From positions 128,001 through 192,000 of the forward strand of contig CAXXGO010000006.1 of the NCBI GenBank assembly GCA_963666835.2: a stretch of 64,000 nt of DNA, given 5' to 3'. Below, one piece after another: positions 20,336-30,481 of the stretch (its first letter is position 1; every line of letters begins with the position of its first letter). The DNA is from Phycisphaerae bacterium (GTDB lineage Bacteria > Planctomycetota > Phycisphaerae > UBA1845). The position numbers were made by a program, and so were the translations under genes. The notes beneath the pieces were generated by a model, which was given only the letters and a program-made list of their open reading frames with translations, ran no database searches and was not told the origin of the DNA.

Positions 20336-21865
20336 TCAGAGCTGCCGATCCAGGCGGCGGTAGTGGATTGCCTCCAGCAGGTGGTCCGCCGAGATATCGG
20401 ATTGATCGGCCAGGTCGGCGACAGTGCGGGCTACGCGCAGGACCTTGTCATGAGCCCGGGCGGACAAGCCGAGCTCGGTCATCGCCTGCTTCAAAACGGT
20501 CTCCCCCGCGGCATCGATCCGGCAGCAGTCCCGCAAAACCTTCGACGACATTCGCCCGTTGACCACGGTGGGATCGTCCGCGAAGCGTTCGCGCTGCCGT
20601 TGTCGCGTACGCTGGACTTGTTCGCGCATGATGGCCGAGGACGTCCCGTTCCCGCGGGCCCGCAGCTCGCTGAACGGTACGGCCGGCACCTCTACGTGAA
20701 TGTCGATCCGATCGACCAGCGGCCCGCTAATACGTGACAAGTATCTGTCAATCTGCTGCGGCGAGCACTTGCAGGTTCGTTGGGCGTCCGTGAAATAGCC
20801 GCAGGGACAGGGGTTCATCGCGGCGACCAGCATGAACGAGGCCGGGAAGCTGACCGTGCTGTGGGCTCGGGCAATAGTGACGCAGGCATCTTCGAGCGGC
20901 TGGCGGAGCGATTCCAAAGCCGGGCGAGAGAATTCCGGAAACTCATCGAGGAACAGCACCCCGTAATGGGCCAGGGAGACTTCGCCGGCTTTGGGGACGC
21001 TCCCCCCGCCGACCAGCGCCGGGATACTCGCCGAATGATGCGGCATGCGTACCGGTCGCGTACCCAAAAGCGCCGTGTTCGGCGGCAGCGTGCCGGAGAC
21101 CGAGTGGATCCGCGTCGCCTCCAGTGATTCCTCCAGATCCAACGGCGGTAGGATCGTCGGCACGCGCTTGGCCAGCATGGTCTTGCCGGACCCCGGCGGG
21201 CCGATCAGCAACAAATTGTGCCGCCCGGCCGCCGCAATTGTCAAAGCGCGCTTGACGTGTTCCTGCCCGCGAACGTCGCTGAAGTCGCAATCGTACGTCC
21301 GGGCATCGGTGAACAGGCTGTCGACATCCACCACCACCGGCTCGAGCGGAAGCTGACCGGACAGAAACCCGGTGGCTTCGGTCAAACATGTCACCGGTAT
21401 GACATCTATTCCTTCCACCACGGCCGCTTCGGCGGCGTTCGCAGCCGGAACGATAATCCCGCGCAAGCCGCGCTCCCGCGCCAGCATCGCCGCGGAAAGC
21501 GCCCCGTTCACCCGGCGGACCCGCCCGTCCAGCGCCAGCTCACCGGTCACCAGGTAGCCATCCACCGACTCGGCCACGACGTCCCCGTTGGCGAACAGAA
21601 TCCCCAGCGCGATCGGCAAATCGAACGCCGGGCCCTCCTTCCGCAAATCCGCGGGAGCCAGGTTGATCACCGTCTTGTGACGCGGGAACTGATACCCCGA
21701 GTTCTGCATCGCGCTGCGCACGCGCTCGATGCTCTCCTTGACGGCCGCGTCCGGCAGACCCACGACCGTCGCCCCTGAAAACCCCCGCCGGGCGACGTCG
21801 ACCTCCACCTCGATGCGCAGAGCCTCAATCCCGGAAAACGTCACACTGTGAAGTTGAGCTACCAT
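20336..21865 (-). CDS. comM: YifB/ComM family Mg-chelatase-like AAA+ ATPase
   Basis: VGLPDAAVKES, NLAPADLRKEG, GPPGSGKT, HYGVLFLDEFPEF, AMNPCPCG, LSARAHDKVLRVARTVADL. Confidence 0.9.
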   Translation of the reverse strand: MVAQLHSVTFSGIEALRIEVEVDVARRGFSGATVVGLPDAAVKESIERVRSAMQNSGYQFPRHKTVINLAPADLRKEGPAFDLPIALGILFANGDVVAESVDGYLVTGELALDGRVRRVNGALSAAMLARERGLRGIIVPAANAAEAAVVEGIDVIPVTCLTEATGFLSGQLPLEPVVVDVDSLFTDARTYDCDFSDVRGQEHVKRALTIAAAGRHNLLLIGPPGSGKTMLAKRVPTILPPLDLEESLEATRIHSVSGTLPPNTALLGTRPVRMPHHSASIPALVGGGSVPKAGEVSLAHYGVLFLDEFPEFSRPALESLRQPLEDACVTIARAHSTVSFPASFMLVAAMNPCPCGYFTDAQRTCKCSPQQIDRYLSRISGPLVDRIDIHVEVPAVPFSELRARGNGTSSAIMREQVQRTRQRQRERFADDPTVVNGRMSSKVLRDCCRIDAAGETVLKQAMTELGLSARAHDKVLRVARTVADLADQSDISADHLLEAIHYRRLDRQL

Positions 21866-22249
21866 GCGGCAGATAATTGTAATCAACGGCGGAACATCAC
21901 GCGACTGGTACAACGTCAGAGGCCTAGGACCCACAAGAGTTCTCGCCGGCGGATAGGAGCGAGGGCGCGCCCGGCAGGGTCCTTTCGCAGCCCATCCGAT
22001 CTGGACAGGTCAGCCAACCCGTGTTTGGCGTACCCGCTCGGAGGGTGAGGTCCTATAATACTCGCGTTCCTCCCATGAGCGTGCGATTCGCAGCACGACC
22101 GGGACCATCAACCGAGTGCCGCGAGCGGCCGAAGCGACCCCCTCTAACTGCCGATAACTAGAGCGAGGACCGCCAGGCAAACCCCATAACTCGGAAGCTG
22201 ACCTGGGCGGCGCGACAACAGGTACATGGCATCGAAGGAGACCAACTCC

Positions 22250-22609
22250 ATGCATGAAAGACGATTACACGTCGGGATGCTGACTCTGCTGGCGACCATC
22301 GGCGTCGTCGGGTGCATCACCATCGACATCCCCGAGCAGGTTTCGCTGCTCTCGACCGGCACTTCGTTCGTAGTGAGCGGAACGGCCGCACTGGAGGACA
22401 CCGACGGCCCGTGCCTGGTCTGGATCGGTGATAACGGCATCATCTACCACCTTTTCCAGAATCCCCGCGTGGACAACGAGACGTTCGATCGAATAACGAC
22501 ACCCGGAGTGACCTCCCGTCTCGAGATAGCCACCAGAACCGATCTGGAGCTGGCCTGCCAGATAGGAACCATCGTGGAAGTGCAAGATGTCCTTGATATT
22601 GAGGACTAA
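22250..22609 (+). CDS. Small putative lipoprotein, function unknown
   Basis: RBS AAGGAG; lipobox-like GVVGC. Confidence 0.7.
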   Translation: MHERRLHVGMLTLLATIGVVGCITIDIPEQVSLLSTGTSFVVSGTAALEDTDGPCLVWIGDNGIIYHLFQNPRVDNETFDRITTPGVTSRLEIATRTDLELACQIGTIVEVQDVLDIED

Positions 22610-22663
22610 CTCGACCACCCGCTGCCCGGACACGTTGTCGGGCGGACTACCCGGACTGAACAC

Positions 22664-24331
22664 ATGAATCGGACTCGCCAGTGGCTGCTTCGTGTTCCAA
22701 CCTATCTGCTCACCATGGCCCTGGGGGGTGGCTGCGCATTACAGCCGGAGACCCTGCCGGCCGACGACGCGGCCATGTATGCGCCGGTCTTCCTCGTTGA
22801 CACGGAGCAGCTCGAACCGCCGGCCGTGGGAGTGGCGGCGGCGTTCACGCCGACAACGCTGCACGAGATTGAACAAGACGATCCCGTTGCCGTGCGAGCG
22901 GCCGGGTTCTTCCTTACTTTCGCAACTGCGGCGCCCGAATTGCTCACCCTGCGTATGGTCGACAGGGAATCCGGCACGGAAACGGTGTTGACGGCGATAG
23001 GTCCGCCGGAATCGGATGCCGAGCGGTTGTTGGCGGCCCAACCGCGAGCGTTCAACGATGCGAGTTGCTCTATCTTGCGCGGTGGTGGTGGCTGTTACTG
23101 GCCGACAGACAGTGGGGCGGTTGACGCGTCGGCCTATCGGGTCGGGGTTCTTATCCCTGAGGAATCGCTGGTTTCCGGCGTCCAGCTTGAGGCGTTTACC
23201 CTGCAGGCGGGCGATGGAACGCCGGTTGGCGCTGCGAGCATTGAATTAGTCTCCGGTTTCTTCTACCTGGCGGTGATCGGCGACTCGGTCCAGTGGGGCA
23301 ACGGGTTGCGGGAAGAGGACAAGATGTCGGCGCTGGTGGCCACGACTGTTCAGAGCGAAACCGGACGGCGAGTCATCCAACAGCGATACGCTCATTCCGG
23401 GGCGAAGATCCTGTCGGCGGAGGGCGACGGGATCTGCGAGGTCAATTGTAACGGCGAAGTGCCGCATGTACGCACTTCGATCCTGGTCCAGGCTCAGCAA
23501 ATAGAACGCCCCGATCTTATCGATTTGGTTCTGATGGACGGGTGTATCAACGACGTAGGTGTCTGGACGATTCTCGATCCCTTCGTACCGGAAGAGGAAC
23601 TGGCCGAGCTGACTCGACAGTACTGCGCAGACGAGATGGCTGTCTTGCTGGAGGAGGTTCACGCCATAGCACCGCAGGCCCGCATCGTGGTCACCGGCTA
23701 CTTTCAGATCGTCGGCCCGGATAGCGACCTGTTTGCCCTTGAAACGTGGCTCGAGACTCAAACGCTGGCCGAATCCGAGTCGAGCGAGCCCTCTGACGAA
23801 ACGGATAACGCCGCTGATGAAGCTGATTCCGAGGTAAGCGAACCGGCAGACGATGACGCTAGCGTGGCAGCCGCCGAAGACGAGGCCGAGGCGGTTGAGA
23901 ATGTCGAGGCGCTCATCGACGTATTCACGTCGCGATCCGTGGTGTTTCATGAGACCGCACACACTGCTCTGGCTTCTGCGGTTGAGGCAGCTAACACGGC
24001 GATCGGCAGCGACCCGGTGATTGCGTTCGCTGATCCGGGGTTCGGTCCTGAGAACGCCGTGTTTGCCCCGGACCCCTGGCTATGGAGCCTGACGGAGGAC
24101 GATACCGTATTCGAAGGCCTCGACGTGGGCTTGGCGCTGTTCCCTGAGGATCCCATCACCAGGTACCGGCTAACTGCATGTTTTGATACGGATGCGATCG
24201 GTGATCTTATCGGATGCATCTTCCAATCGGTGGGGCATCCCAATCCTGCCGGTGCCCGGGCGTACGCAGATGCCATATTAGAGCAACTCCTTCAGCTCGG
24301 CCTTCTGCCGGAGCCGCCGGACACTCCATAA
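22664..24331 (+). CDS. SGNH/GDSL hydrolase family lipoprotein
   Basis: IGDSVQWG (block I), AHSGA, DGCIND, GHPNPAG; lipobox-like LGGGC. Confidence 0.85.
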   Translation: MNRTRQWLLRVPTYLLTMALGGGCALQPETLPADDAAMYAPVFLVDTEQLEPPAVGVAAAFTPTTLHEIEQDDPVAVRAAGFFLTFATAAPELLTLRMVDRESGTETVLTAIGPPESDAERLLAAQPRAFNDASCSILRGGGGCYWPTDSGAVDASAYRVGVLIPEESLVSGVQLEAFTLQAGDGTPVGAASIELVSGFFYLAVIGDSVQWGNGLREEDKMSALVATTVQSETGRRVIQQRYAHSGAKILSAEGDGICEVNCNGEVPHVRTSILVQAQQIERPDLIDLVLMDGCINDVGVWTILDPFVPEEELAELTRQYCADEMAVLLEEVHAIAPQARIVVTGYFQIVGPDSDLFALETWLETQTLAESESSEPSDETDNAADEADSEVSEPADDDASVAAAEDEAEAVENVEALIDVFTSRSVVFHETAHTALASAVEAANTAIGSDPVIAFADPGFGPENAVFAPDPWLWSLTEDDTVFEGLDVGLALFPEDPITRYRLTACFDTDAIGDLIGCIFQSVGHPNPAGARAYADAILEQLLQLGLLPEPPDTP

Positions 24332-24420
24332 GGGACCAATTCCGTAGGAGCACTCTCTTTCTGCCGCCGAGAGAACACTGTGTGCGGCAATTGTGCAATG
24401 ACAACGAATCGCGTTCTCAC

Positions 24421-24450
24421 TTGACCCGAGCCCTCGTATTCTGATAAACT
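24421..24450 (+). promoter_or_regulatory. Candidate sigma70 promoter
   Basis: TTGACC-18 nt-TAAACT with extended -10 TG. Confidence 0.4.
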
Positions 24451-24816
24451 AGGGTGCTTGGCCGGGTCCGCGCTCGGATTTTGCCTGTTGGCGAGGCAGC
24501 AGGGGGTTGCTTAGAAATCCGAAGGTCCGGGTCTGAGTCGGCGCAGTAGCGTTCTTCGGCGGCATACAGGGGGTCGTCGTAGGGCAAGGTAATGCGGCAA
24601 AGCGGGCGGGCAACCCACCGGGGCCGAAGTTGGGCACTACATCCCTGCTGCAGAATAGATCGGTGGATGTCGGGGTGTGAAGTGTCTTCCCGTTGTCATT
24701 CAGAGAATGTGCTATCGGGAAGTGCGTTCCGCGCCGGCGACCGGCGCCGGTATCGCCGACGATATCGGCGGGAAGAAAGGGACGACTCGAAACTGGATCG
24801 TATGGAGGATGTAGAA

Positions 24817-27800
24817 ATGCGTACCGCTACCGTTCTTGCGGTTGCACTTGTGCTGGGGCTGTTTCTGTCCACGGCTCGCGCGGAGCTGGCAACCCCGGAC
24901 GAGATGAAACTGGTATGTCAGAACTGGCTGACGTACATCGTGGACCAGACCGGAGATTGGGCCGGAGAACGCGAGCCCTGGATCGCCGACGTGCAGGAAG
25001 TGTACGCAGGCGACACCCTTGTGGCACATCATTTTGCCATCGGCCCGCAGGGGCATGTGGTCGTGCCGATTCTCAAGGAACTTCCCCCGATCCGGATGTA
25101 CTCGGACGAATCAAACCTGAACCTGGATGAAACCGACGGTCTGGCCCAGCTCTTGCGAGACGTAATGGAGCACCGCACAGGCTTGTACATCGAGAAGTAC
25201 GGCAGTCTTGAGGCGAAGCAACCGCGCGCCGGCGAGGTACTCCTCGGTCGCGCCCATCGCGACGAGTGGGACCGGTTCGCGATAGACCGTGACCAGTTCG
25301 CCGCGGAGTTGGATTCGCAAAGGGCCGACCCCATCGTCCAGCTCGGACCCTTGTTGACCACGGTTTGGGACCAGGGCCCTCCGTATAACAACCTCTGCCC
25401 GATTGGTGACGGCGGACGCACGGTAGTCGGCTGCGTGGCGACCGCCACGGCCCAGTTGATGGCTTACCACCAGTGGCCGCCCTCCGGTACCGGCGAGCAG
25501 ACGTACACCTGGAGCGGGGACGACTCTTGCGGCGGCAGCACGCCGAGCGAGAGTCTCTATGCCGATTTCTCCGACGAGTACGACTGGGACAACATTGTCG
25601 ACGAGTGTTTCTCCGGATGTGACGCCGCCCAGCAAGCCGCTCTGGCCGAGTTGAATTACGAGGTCGGGGTGGCTTTCTACATGGACTACGGAGTTTGCGG
25701 GTCCGGGGCTTACACTTCCAACGCTCGGCAGATAATGCCCGTGTTCTTCCGGTATGAGGACTCGCTGGACAGTGAATACCGCGACAACCACACGGCGCAG
25801 ACTTGGTACGATACGATCCGGGTTGAAATCAACGCCGCGCGGCCCATGTTGTACGGCATCTCCCGGCATGCCATCGTGTGTGACGGCTACCGCGACACCG
25901 GCGGGACGAACCAATACCACATGAACTACGGTTGGGGCGGCTCGCAGAACACGTGGTTTGCCATCGATGATTTGCATTGTACGTGGGAGGGGTGCCACTA
26001 CATGAACGAGAGCCTGATCCGACACATCATCCCGTTCAAGGACTGCAACGAAAACGATATTAACGATTATCTGGACATCGACGGGGGCACGAGCGAAGAC
26101 TGCAATTCGAACACGATCCCTGATGAGTGCGACCTCGAGAATGGAGATAGCGAGGACTGCAACGAAAACGACGTCCCCGACGAGTGCGATATTGCCAATA
26201 TGGTTAGCGAAGACTGTACCGGCAACGGCATTCCCGACGAGTGTGAACCGGACTGCAACACGAACGGGATCGCCGACAGTTGCGACATCGCGGGCTCCAC
26301 CAGCGAAGACTGCACCGGTAACGGGATCCCCGATGAGTGTGAACCGGACTGCAACACGAACGGGATCGCCGACAGTTGCGACATCGCGGGCTCCACCAGC
26401 GAAGACTGCACCGGCAACGGGATCCCCGATGAATGCGAGCCGGACTGCAATATGAACGAGGTTGCCGATAGTTGCGATATCGCAGGCGCGACCAGTGAAG
26501 ACTGCACCGGCAACGGGATCCCCGACGAATGCGACATCGCCGATTGCCCGACGGAAGATCTCTCCTGCCAGGACTGCAACGGAAACGAAGTGCCCGACGG
26601 CTGCGACCTGAGCGAAGGAACCAGCGCAGACTGTCAGGCAAACGGCATTCCGGATGAGTGCGATATCGTGGCGGGTACCAGCGGGGACTGCACCGCCGAT
26701 GGTGTACCGGACGAGTGCCAGGCAGACTGCAACGGAAACAGCATTGCCGATCTCTGCGACGTCGCCGGTTGGACGAGTGACGACGACAACGGCAACGGCG
26801 TGCCCGATGAATGCGAGGGGCCGAACTTCACGCTCATGCCTGTGGGTGCGTCGGGAACACACATGATCTTCTGGAACACAATCTACATTCCCGAAGGAGG
26901 AGGAACGGTTGAGCTGGAGCTGCAGCTCTCCAGGTGGGGAACCGCCCCCGGAGCTCCGGAATTAGCCGCCTATCAGGCTCAGGTCGACTCGACCGGATAC
27001 GGAAGCGGAAAAGGTGCCCCACTCGTGCCGGTCGGCTGGCCGTCCACGCCGGAAACCGGAGCGTTCATCGACTTGACCCGCGACGATTTCCCGTTCAAGG
27101 ACCTGACTCCACTCGCGGGAACGGACTTGACGTTGCTGGATTACGTGTGGGGATCCACAGCTCTCTACGGATCCCGCGCGGACGCGGGCGGAGCCAGTTA
27201 CGGAGGCACGTTGATTCTGGATATCCCGGCGGGAGCCGATGGTGAGTATTCGATCGGTCTCGTGGACAACGATGATATGACCTTCATGGACGACCCGGAC
27301 GTCCAACTGTTACCGGGCTTGGGGCTTCTGCCCGGGAGGATCATTGTCGGGGAGATGCCCATGGGTTGCTGTCTACCTGATGGCATCTGTGCTCCGGCTA
27401 CTCCGGAGGACTGTGCCAACGCCGGCGGTACTCCCGTCGAGCAATGTTTGGGCGATCCGGGGGGCAACGGTGTCGACGACGCCTGCGAGCAGGCGGGCCC
27501 CGAAGAACCACCCGCTCCCTACAACGTGCCGAAGAACCGCTACCTGTCCTTCGATCCCAACAACGGCGCTTTGAGCGTTGCCTTCCGTGTCGAATTGACC
27601 TCCAGCGTCTATTTCCCAGGATCTACCGGTGTGCTGGGTTGGGTAGGTGAGCCGGACGGAAACGGGATCGCCCGGGTCGAGGCGGATCCATATTACACGA
27701 GCGACTGGCCGGACGTGCTTCACGTGGCCGACTGCGAAATCGTGCCCGCCGCCGTCTACTCAGTATCTTCGACTGCGGACGGAGCGGAATTCTCTCTGGC

Positions 27801-28086
27801 GTTGGAGATCCCGACGACCACCCAGCCGGGCGTCAAGTTCTGGGCTGATATGGTCGGGCCGCTGGACGGCGAGGGCTGGACTCCACCCAACGGGGTCGTG
27901 AGTATGGACGACATCATGGCCGTGATCCAGGCGTTCCAGGCTTCCCCAACCGCGCCGCATCTGTCATGGGTTGACCTCGACGGTGAAGCACCGAACAAAG
28001 TGGCGAACATGACGGACATTCAGCAGGCGGTCAACGGGTTTAAGGGCTTCGCCTATCCGTTCAGCGACCCGGCGGCGTGTCCGTAG
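24817..28086 (+). CDS. C10 family (streptopain-like) cysteine peptidase with propeptide, Asp/Cys-rich repeats and dockerin-like tail
   Basis: WDQGPPYN, GCVATATAQ (catalytic Cys), HAIVCDGY (His), HMNYGWGG; DCNxNGIPDEC repeats; RBS GGAGG. Confidence 0.88.
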   Translation: MRTATVLAVALVLGLFLSTARAELATPDEMKLVCQNWLTYIVDQTGDWAGEREPWIADVQEVYAGDTLVAHHFAIGPQGHVVVPILKELPPIRMYSDESNLNLDETDGLAQLLRDVMEHRTGLYIEKYGSLEAKQPRAGEVLLGRAHRDEWDRFAIDRDQFAAELDSQRADPIVQLGPLLTTVWDQGPPYNNLCPIGDGGRTVVGCVATATAQLMAYHQWPPSGTGEQTYTWSGDDSCGGSTPSESLYADFSDEYDWDNIVDECFSGCDAAQQAALAELNYEVGVAFYMDYGVCGSGAYTSNARQIMPVFFRYEDSLDSEYRDNHTAQTWYDTIRVEINAARPMLYGISRHAIVCDGYRDTGGTNQYHMNYGWGGSQNTWFAIDDLHCTWEGCHYMNESLIRHIIPFKDCNENDINDYLDIDGGTSEDCNSNTIPDECDLENGDSEDCNENDVPDECDIANMVSEDCTGNGIPDECEPDCNTNGIADSCDIAGSTSEDCTGNGIPDECEPDCNTNGIADSCDIAGSTSEDCTGNGIPDECEPDCNMNEVADSCDIAGATSEDCTGNGIPDECDIADCPTEDLSCQDCNGNEVPDGCDLSEGTSADCQANGIPDECDIVAGTSGDCTADGVPDECQADCNGNSIADLCDVAGWTSDDDNGNGVPDECEGPNFTLMPVGASGTHMIFWNTIYIPEGGGTVELELQLSRWGTAPGAPELAAYQAQVDSTGYGSGKGAPLVPVGWPSTPETGAFIDLTRDDFPFKDLTPLAGTDLTLLDYVWGSTALYGSRADAGGASYGGTLILDIPAGADGEYSIGLVDNDDMTFMDDPDVQLLPGLGLLPGRIIVGEMPMGCCLPDGICAPATPEDCANAGGTPVEQCLGDPGGNGVDDACEQAGPEEPPAPYNVPKNRYLSFDPNNGALSVAFRVELTSSVYFPGSTGVLGWVGEPDGNGIARVEADPYYTSDWPDVLHVADCEIVPAAVYSVSSTADGAEFSLALEIPTTTQPGVKFWADMVGPLDGEGWTPPNGVVSMDDIMAVIQAFQASPTAPHLSWVDLDGEAPNKVANMTDIQQAVNGFKGFAYPFSDPAACP
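26209..26540 (+). repeat. 96-bp (32-aa) intragenic tandem repeat, about 3.4 copies
   Basis: gaagactg at 26209, 26305, 26401, 26497; unit EDCTGNGIPDECEPDCNTNGIADSCDIAGSTS. Confidence 0.85.
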
Positions 28087-28120
28087 TCTGACGCCGTTCG
28101 GTCGGTAGGTATACAAGAAC

Positions 28121-28160
28121 GAGGGGACTCGGGTGTAAGCCCGGGTCCCCTCTTTCTTTT
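28121..28160. terminator. Intrinsic terminator between convergent genes
   Basis: Stem gaggggactcggg/cccgggtcccctc followed by tttctttt. Confidence 0.8.
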
Positions 28161-28177
28161 CCACTGCGATGCTGCGC

Positions 28178-28678
28178 TTATTCTATCCCAAAAAGAGACT
28201 GCTGGGCCGGGCTGTCCTGGGCGACCCGTCTCTTCACTTCGCTGATCTCGTCGATGAACTCGTCGATTGTGCGGTACTTGCGGTGGACACTCATGAACCG
28301 AACGTACGCCACCTGATTGAGCCGGCGCAAGTTCTTACCCACGTACGAACCAATCTGCTCGGTAGTGACATCCCGCTCGTGATTACTGAACAGCTCTTCC
28401 TCTACTCGATCGACCAACTCCTGGAGCTGATCCTCGGCGATGTCCAGCTTGTAGCAGGCCCGCTCCGCCCCGTTCAGGATGTTATCCCGATGATACGGTA
28501 CGCGCTGTCCGTTTGCCTTGATGACCGTGAGCCGGAGTTCGTGCTCCACCCGTTCTTTGGTCGTGAACCGCCGGTTGCACGATTGGCAGACGCGCCGGCG
28601 GCGAATGGCCAGCCCGTTCTCGGTCAGGCGAGAGTCAATGACCTTGTTGTTGTTCTCTTTGCAGGAGGGGCAGAACAT
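28178..28678 (-). CDS. nrdR: Transcriptional repressor NrdR
   Basis: CPSC..VIDSR..IRRRRVCQSCNRRFTTKE zinc ribbon, ATP cone, VAYVRFMSV. Confidence 0.96.
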   Translation of the reverse strand: MFCPSCKENNNKVIDSRLTENGLAIRRRRVCQSCNRRFTTKERVEHELRLTVIKANGQRVPYHRDNILNGAERACYKLDIAEDQLQELVDRVEEELFSNHERDVTTEQIGSYVGKNLRRLNQVAYVRFMSVHRKYRTIDEFIDEISEVKRRVAQDSPAQQSLFGIE

Positions 28679-28778
28679 CAATCAGCAATCCCAGGGGTCT
28701 CCAACCGCACCGTCCGGTCGGTCGACCCCTCACCAAACGGGGCTGAACGTCCAATATGGACCAACTCACAGCGTACCA

Positions 28779-28794
28779 ACACCAGATGTTGAGT
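28779..28794. promoter_or_regulatory. Putative NrdR box upstream of nrdR
   Basis: ACACCAGATGTTGAGT, 12/16 match to acaCwAtATaTwGtgt. Confidence 0.45.
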
Positions 28795-28897
28795 GTCAAA
28801 TGGTCCGGACGAAGGCAGGCCCGAGCCCGCCACGGTCAACGCCGTTTTTTCCCCCCGGCGCTGGACGCAATGGCCGGTCTTCGCTTAAGTACCGGAC

Positions 28898-30205
28898 ATG
28901 GGAAGACTGGTGCAGAAGAAGTTAGGCGGAACTCTGGTCAGTGGGTTCTCGCTGGCCGGAGAAGAGAGCGTGGTCGCGGCTCCGGAGTACAACGTCTGTT
29001 TTGACATCGGACGGGCTCCGCGAGAGGTGATCTCTATCGACAATGTGTGCCTGACCCACGGCCACATGGATCATGCGGCAGGCGTTGCGTATTATTTTTC
29101 ACAACGGTGCTTTATTGGCAATTCGCCCGGGCGGGTCATTGTTCACCGAAGTCTGGCGCAGTCCATCCAGAAGCTCATGGACGTTTGGGCGGACATCGAG
29201 GGGCACCCGTCAGCCGGACAGGTGTACGGCGTAGAGCATCTCGAGGATGTTCCGATTCGCCGGGGGCTCATCGTTCGTCCTTTCACGGTCAACCACACTG
29301 GCAGTTCGCTCGGCTTCACGATAGTCGACGTGCGGCATCGGCTGAAAGAGGAACTCCAGGGCAAGCTGGGGCCGGAACTGGTTGCCCTCAAAAAACAGGG
29401 GGTCGAGATCGAGGACCACGTGGAGATCCCGGTGCTTACATACCCGGGTGATACCGCCCCCGGGCGATTCCTGGATCTGGATTTCGTGCGGAAAAGTCGC
29501 GCCGTGTTACTGGAATGTACCTTCTTCGAGGACGACCACCGTGTCCGCGCTCAAGCCGGCCGGCACATTCACGTGGATCAACTACCCCGAGTCCTCGCGG
29601 CCGTCCCTGACGCGGAGGTGATGCTCATCCATCTCACGAGAAGAACCGACCTCCGGGCGGCCAAGCATCAGCTTCGGTCCGTCCTTACGCCCAGCGATCT
29701 TGAACGAGTAAGCTTCCTGATGGACCGACCGAGGCGCCTGCCTCCGGGTCACCGACCGGATGGTGTCGAGACATTGAATGCGAAAACGCCCCATGCCGCC
29801 TCGCGGGGGATAATTTACAGCAAGAATGCTAACATTGTTGAGATATTTGCCCGTACCGGGACGGCTGCGAAGCGGTCGCCCATGCCACGCAGGCCACCGA
29901 AGACAAAAAACCTGGCGGTTATAGGGTTGCGGTCGGTTGGGGAACGTAGTAAAAGACCCCGCTTCTGGAGCGGATGGATGTACGCACGCAAGGCGCGTAG
30001 CTTCGTTGCCCTGTTGGCGTTTGTCGATCCCGCATGGAAGAGGTGGTTCGGCGAGTGTTCCTTGGCGCGGATCGCTCGGGTGTTTGTCAGGCCGAGCCAC
30101 CAGTTGGGGAGTGTTGCGAACGGGGCGGAAGCGTTCAGCGCAGACGCCTGGAGAAGTGCTTACTACGTCTACTTTCGCGAATGCCCTTCCGGCGCGGGGG
30201 GGTGA
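28898..30205 (+). CDS. MBL-fold metallo-hydrolase, RNase Z-like; C-terminal ~150 aa doubtful
   Basis: THGHMDH, PGDT, LECTF, HIH and LIHL motifs end by about residue 280. Confidence 0.75.
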   Translation: MGRLVQKKLGGTLVSGFSLAGEESVVAAPEYNVCFDIGRAPREVISIDNVCLTHGHMDHAAGVAYYFSQRCFIGNSPGRVIVHRSLAQSIQKLMDVWADIEGHPSAGQVYGVEHLEDVPIRRGLIVRPFTVNHTGSSLGFTIVDVRHRLKEELQGKLGPELVALKKQGVEIEDHVEIPVLTYPGDTAPGRFLDLDFVRKSRAVLLECTFFEDDHRVRAQAGRHIHVDQLPRVLAAVPDAEVMLIHLTRRTDLRAAKHQLRSVLTPSDLERVSFLMDRPRRLPPGHRPDGVETLNAKTPHAASRGIIYSKNANIVEIFARTGTAAKRSPMPRRPPKTKNLAVIGLRSVGERSKRPRFWSGWMYARKARSFVALLAFVDPAWKRWFGECSLARIARVFVRPSHQLGSVANGAEAFSADAWRSAYYVYFRECPSGAGG

Positions 30206-30242
30206 AGCGTTGTGTTCAGTTTCTGAAGAGAAAGGGATCGAT

Positions 30243-30323
30243 ATGAGTTGGTGGTGGTGGATTGGTATTGCCGGTGTGGTTGCGTATTTCCTCTTCTACG
30301 GCATGGGAACCACGACAGCGTAA
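30243..30323 (+). CDS. 26-aa hydrophobic small protein MSWWWWIGIAGVVAYFLFYGMGTTTA
   Basis: RBS GAAAGGGA; paralog at 30482 differs by synonymous and mostly conservative changes. Confidence 0.75.
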   Translation: MSWWWWIGIAGVVAYFLFYGMGTTTA

Positions 30324-30481
30324 GTGCCAACCGGGGGCTTCTCCGGTGGATGATTGAGAACAAGGGCAGCTGAGCAGTCTGTGCTCGGTTGCGGTCGGAG
30401 TCTGTTGGAGAACGCGGTCGTCCGCCAATGCCGGCGGGTCGTCTGCGAATATCTCCCTTTTTTATGACGAAAGGAATCGAT

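Noticed and set aside
25111..26862. Long antisense ORF (583 aa) and similar shadow ORFs throughout the window
   Set aside because: They lie opposite well-supported genes and are expected from high-GC codon bias and repeats
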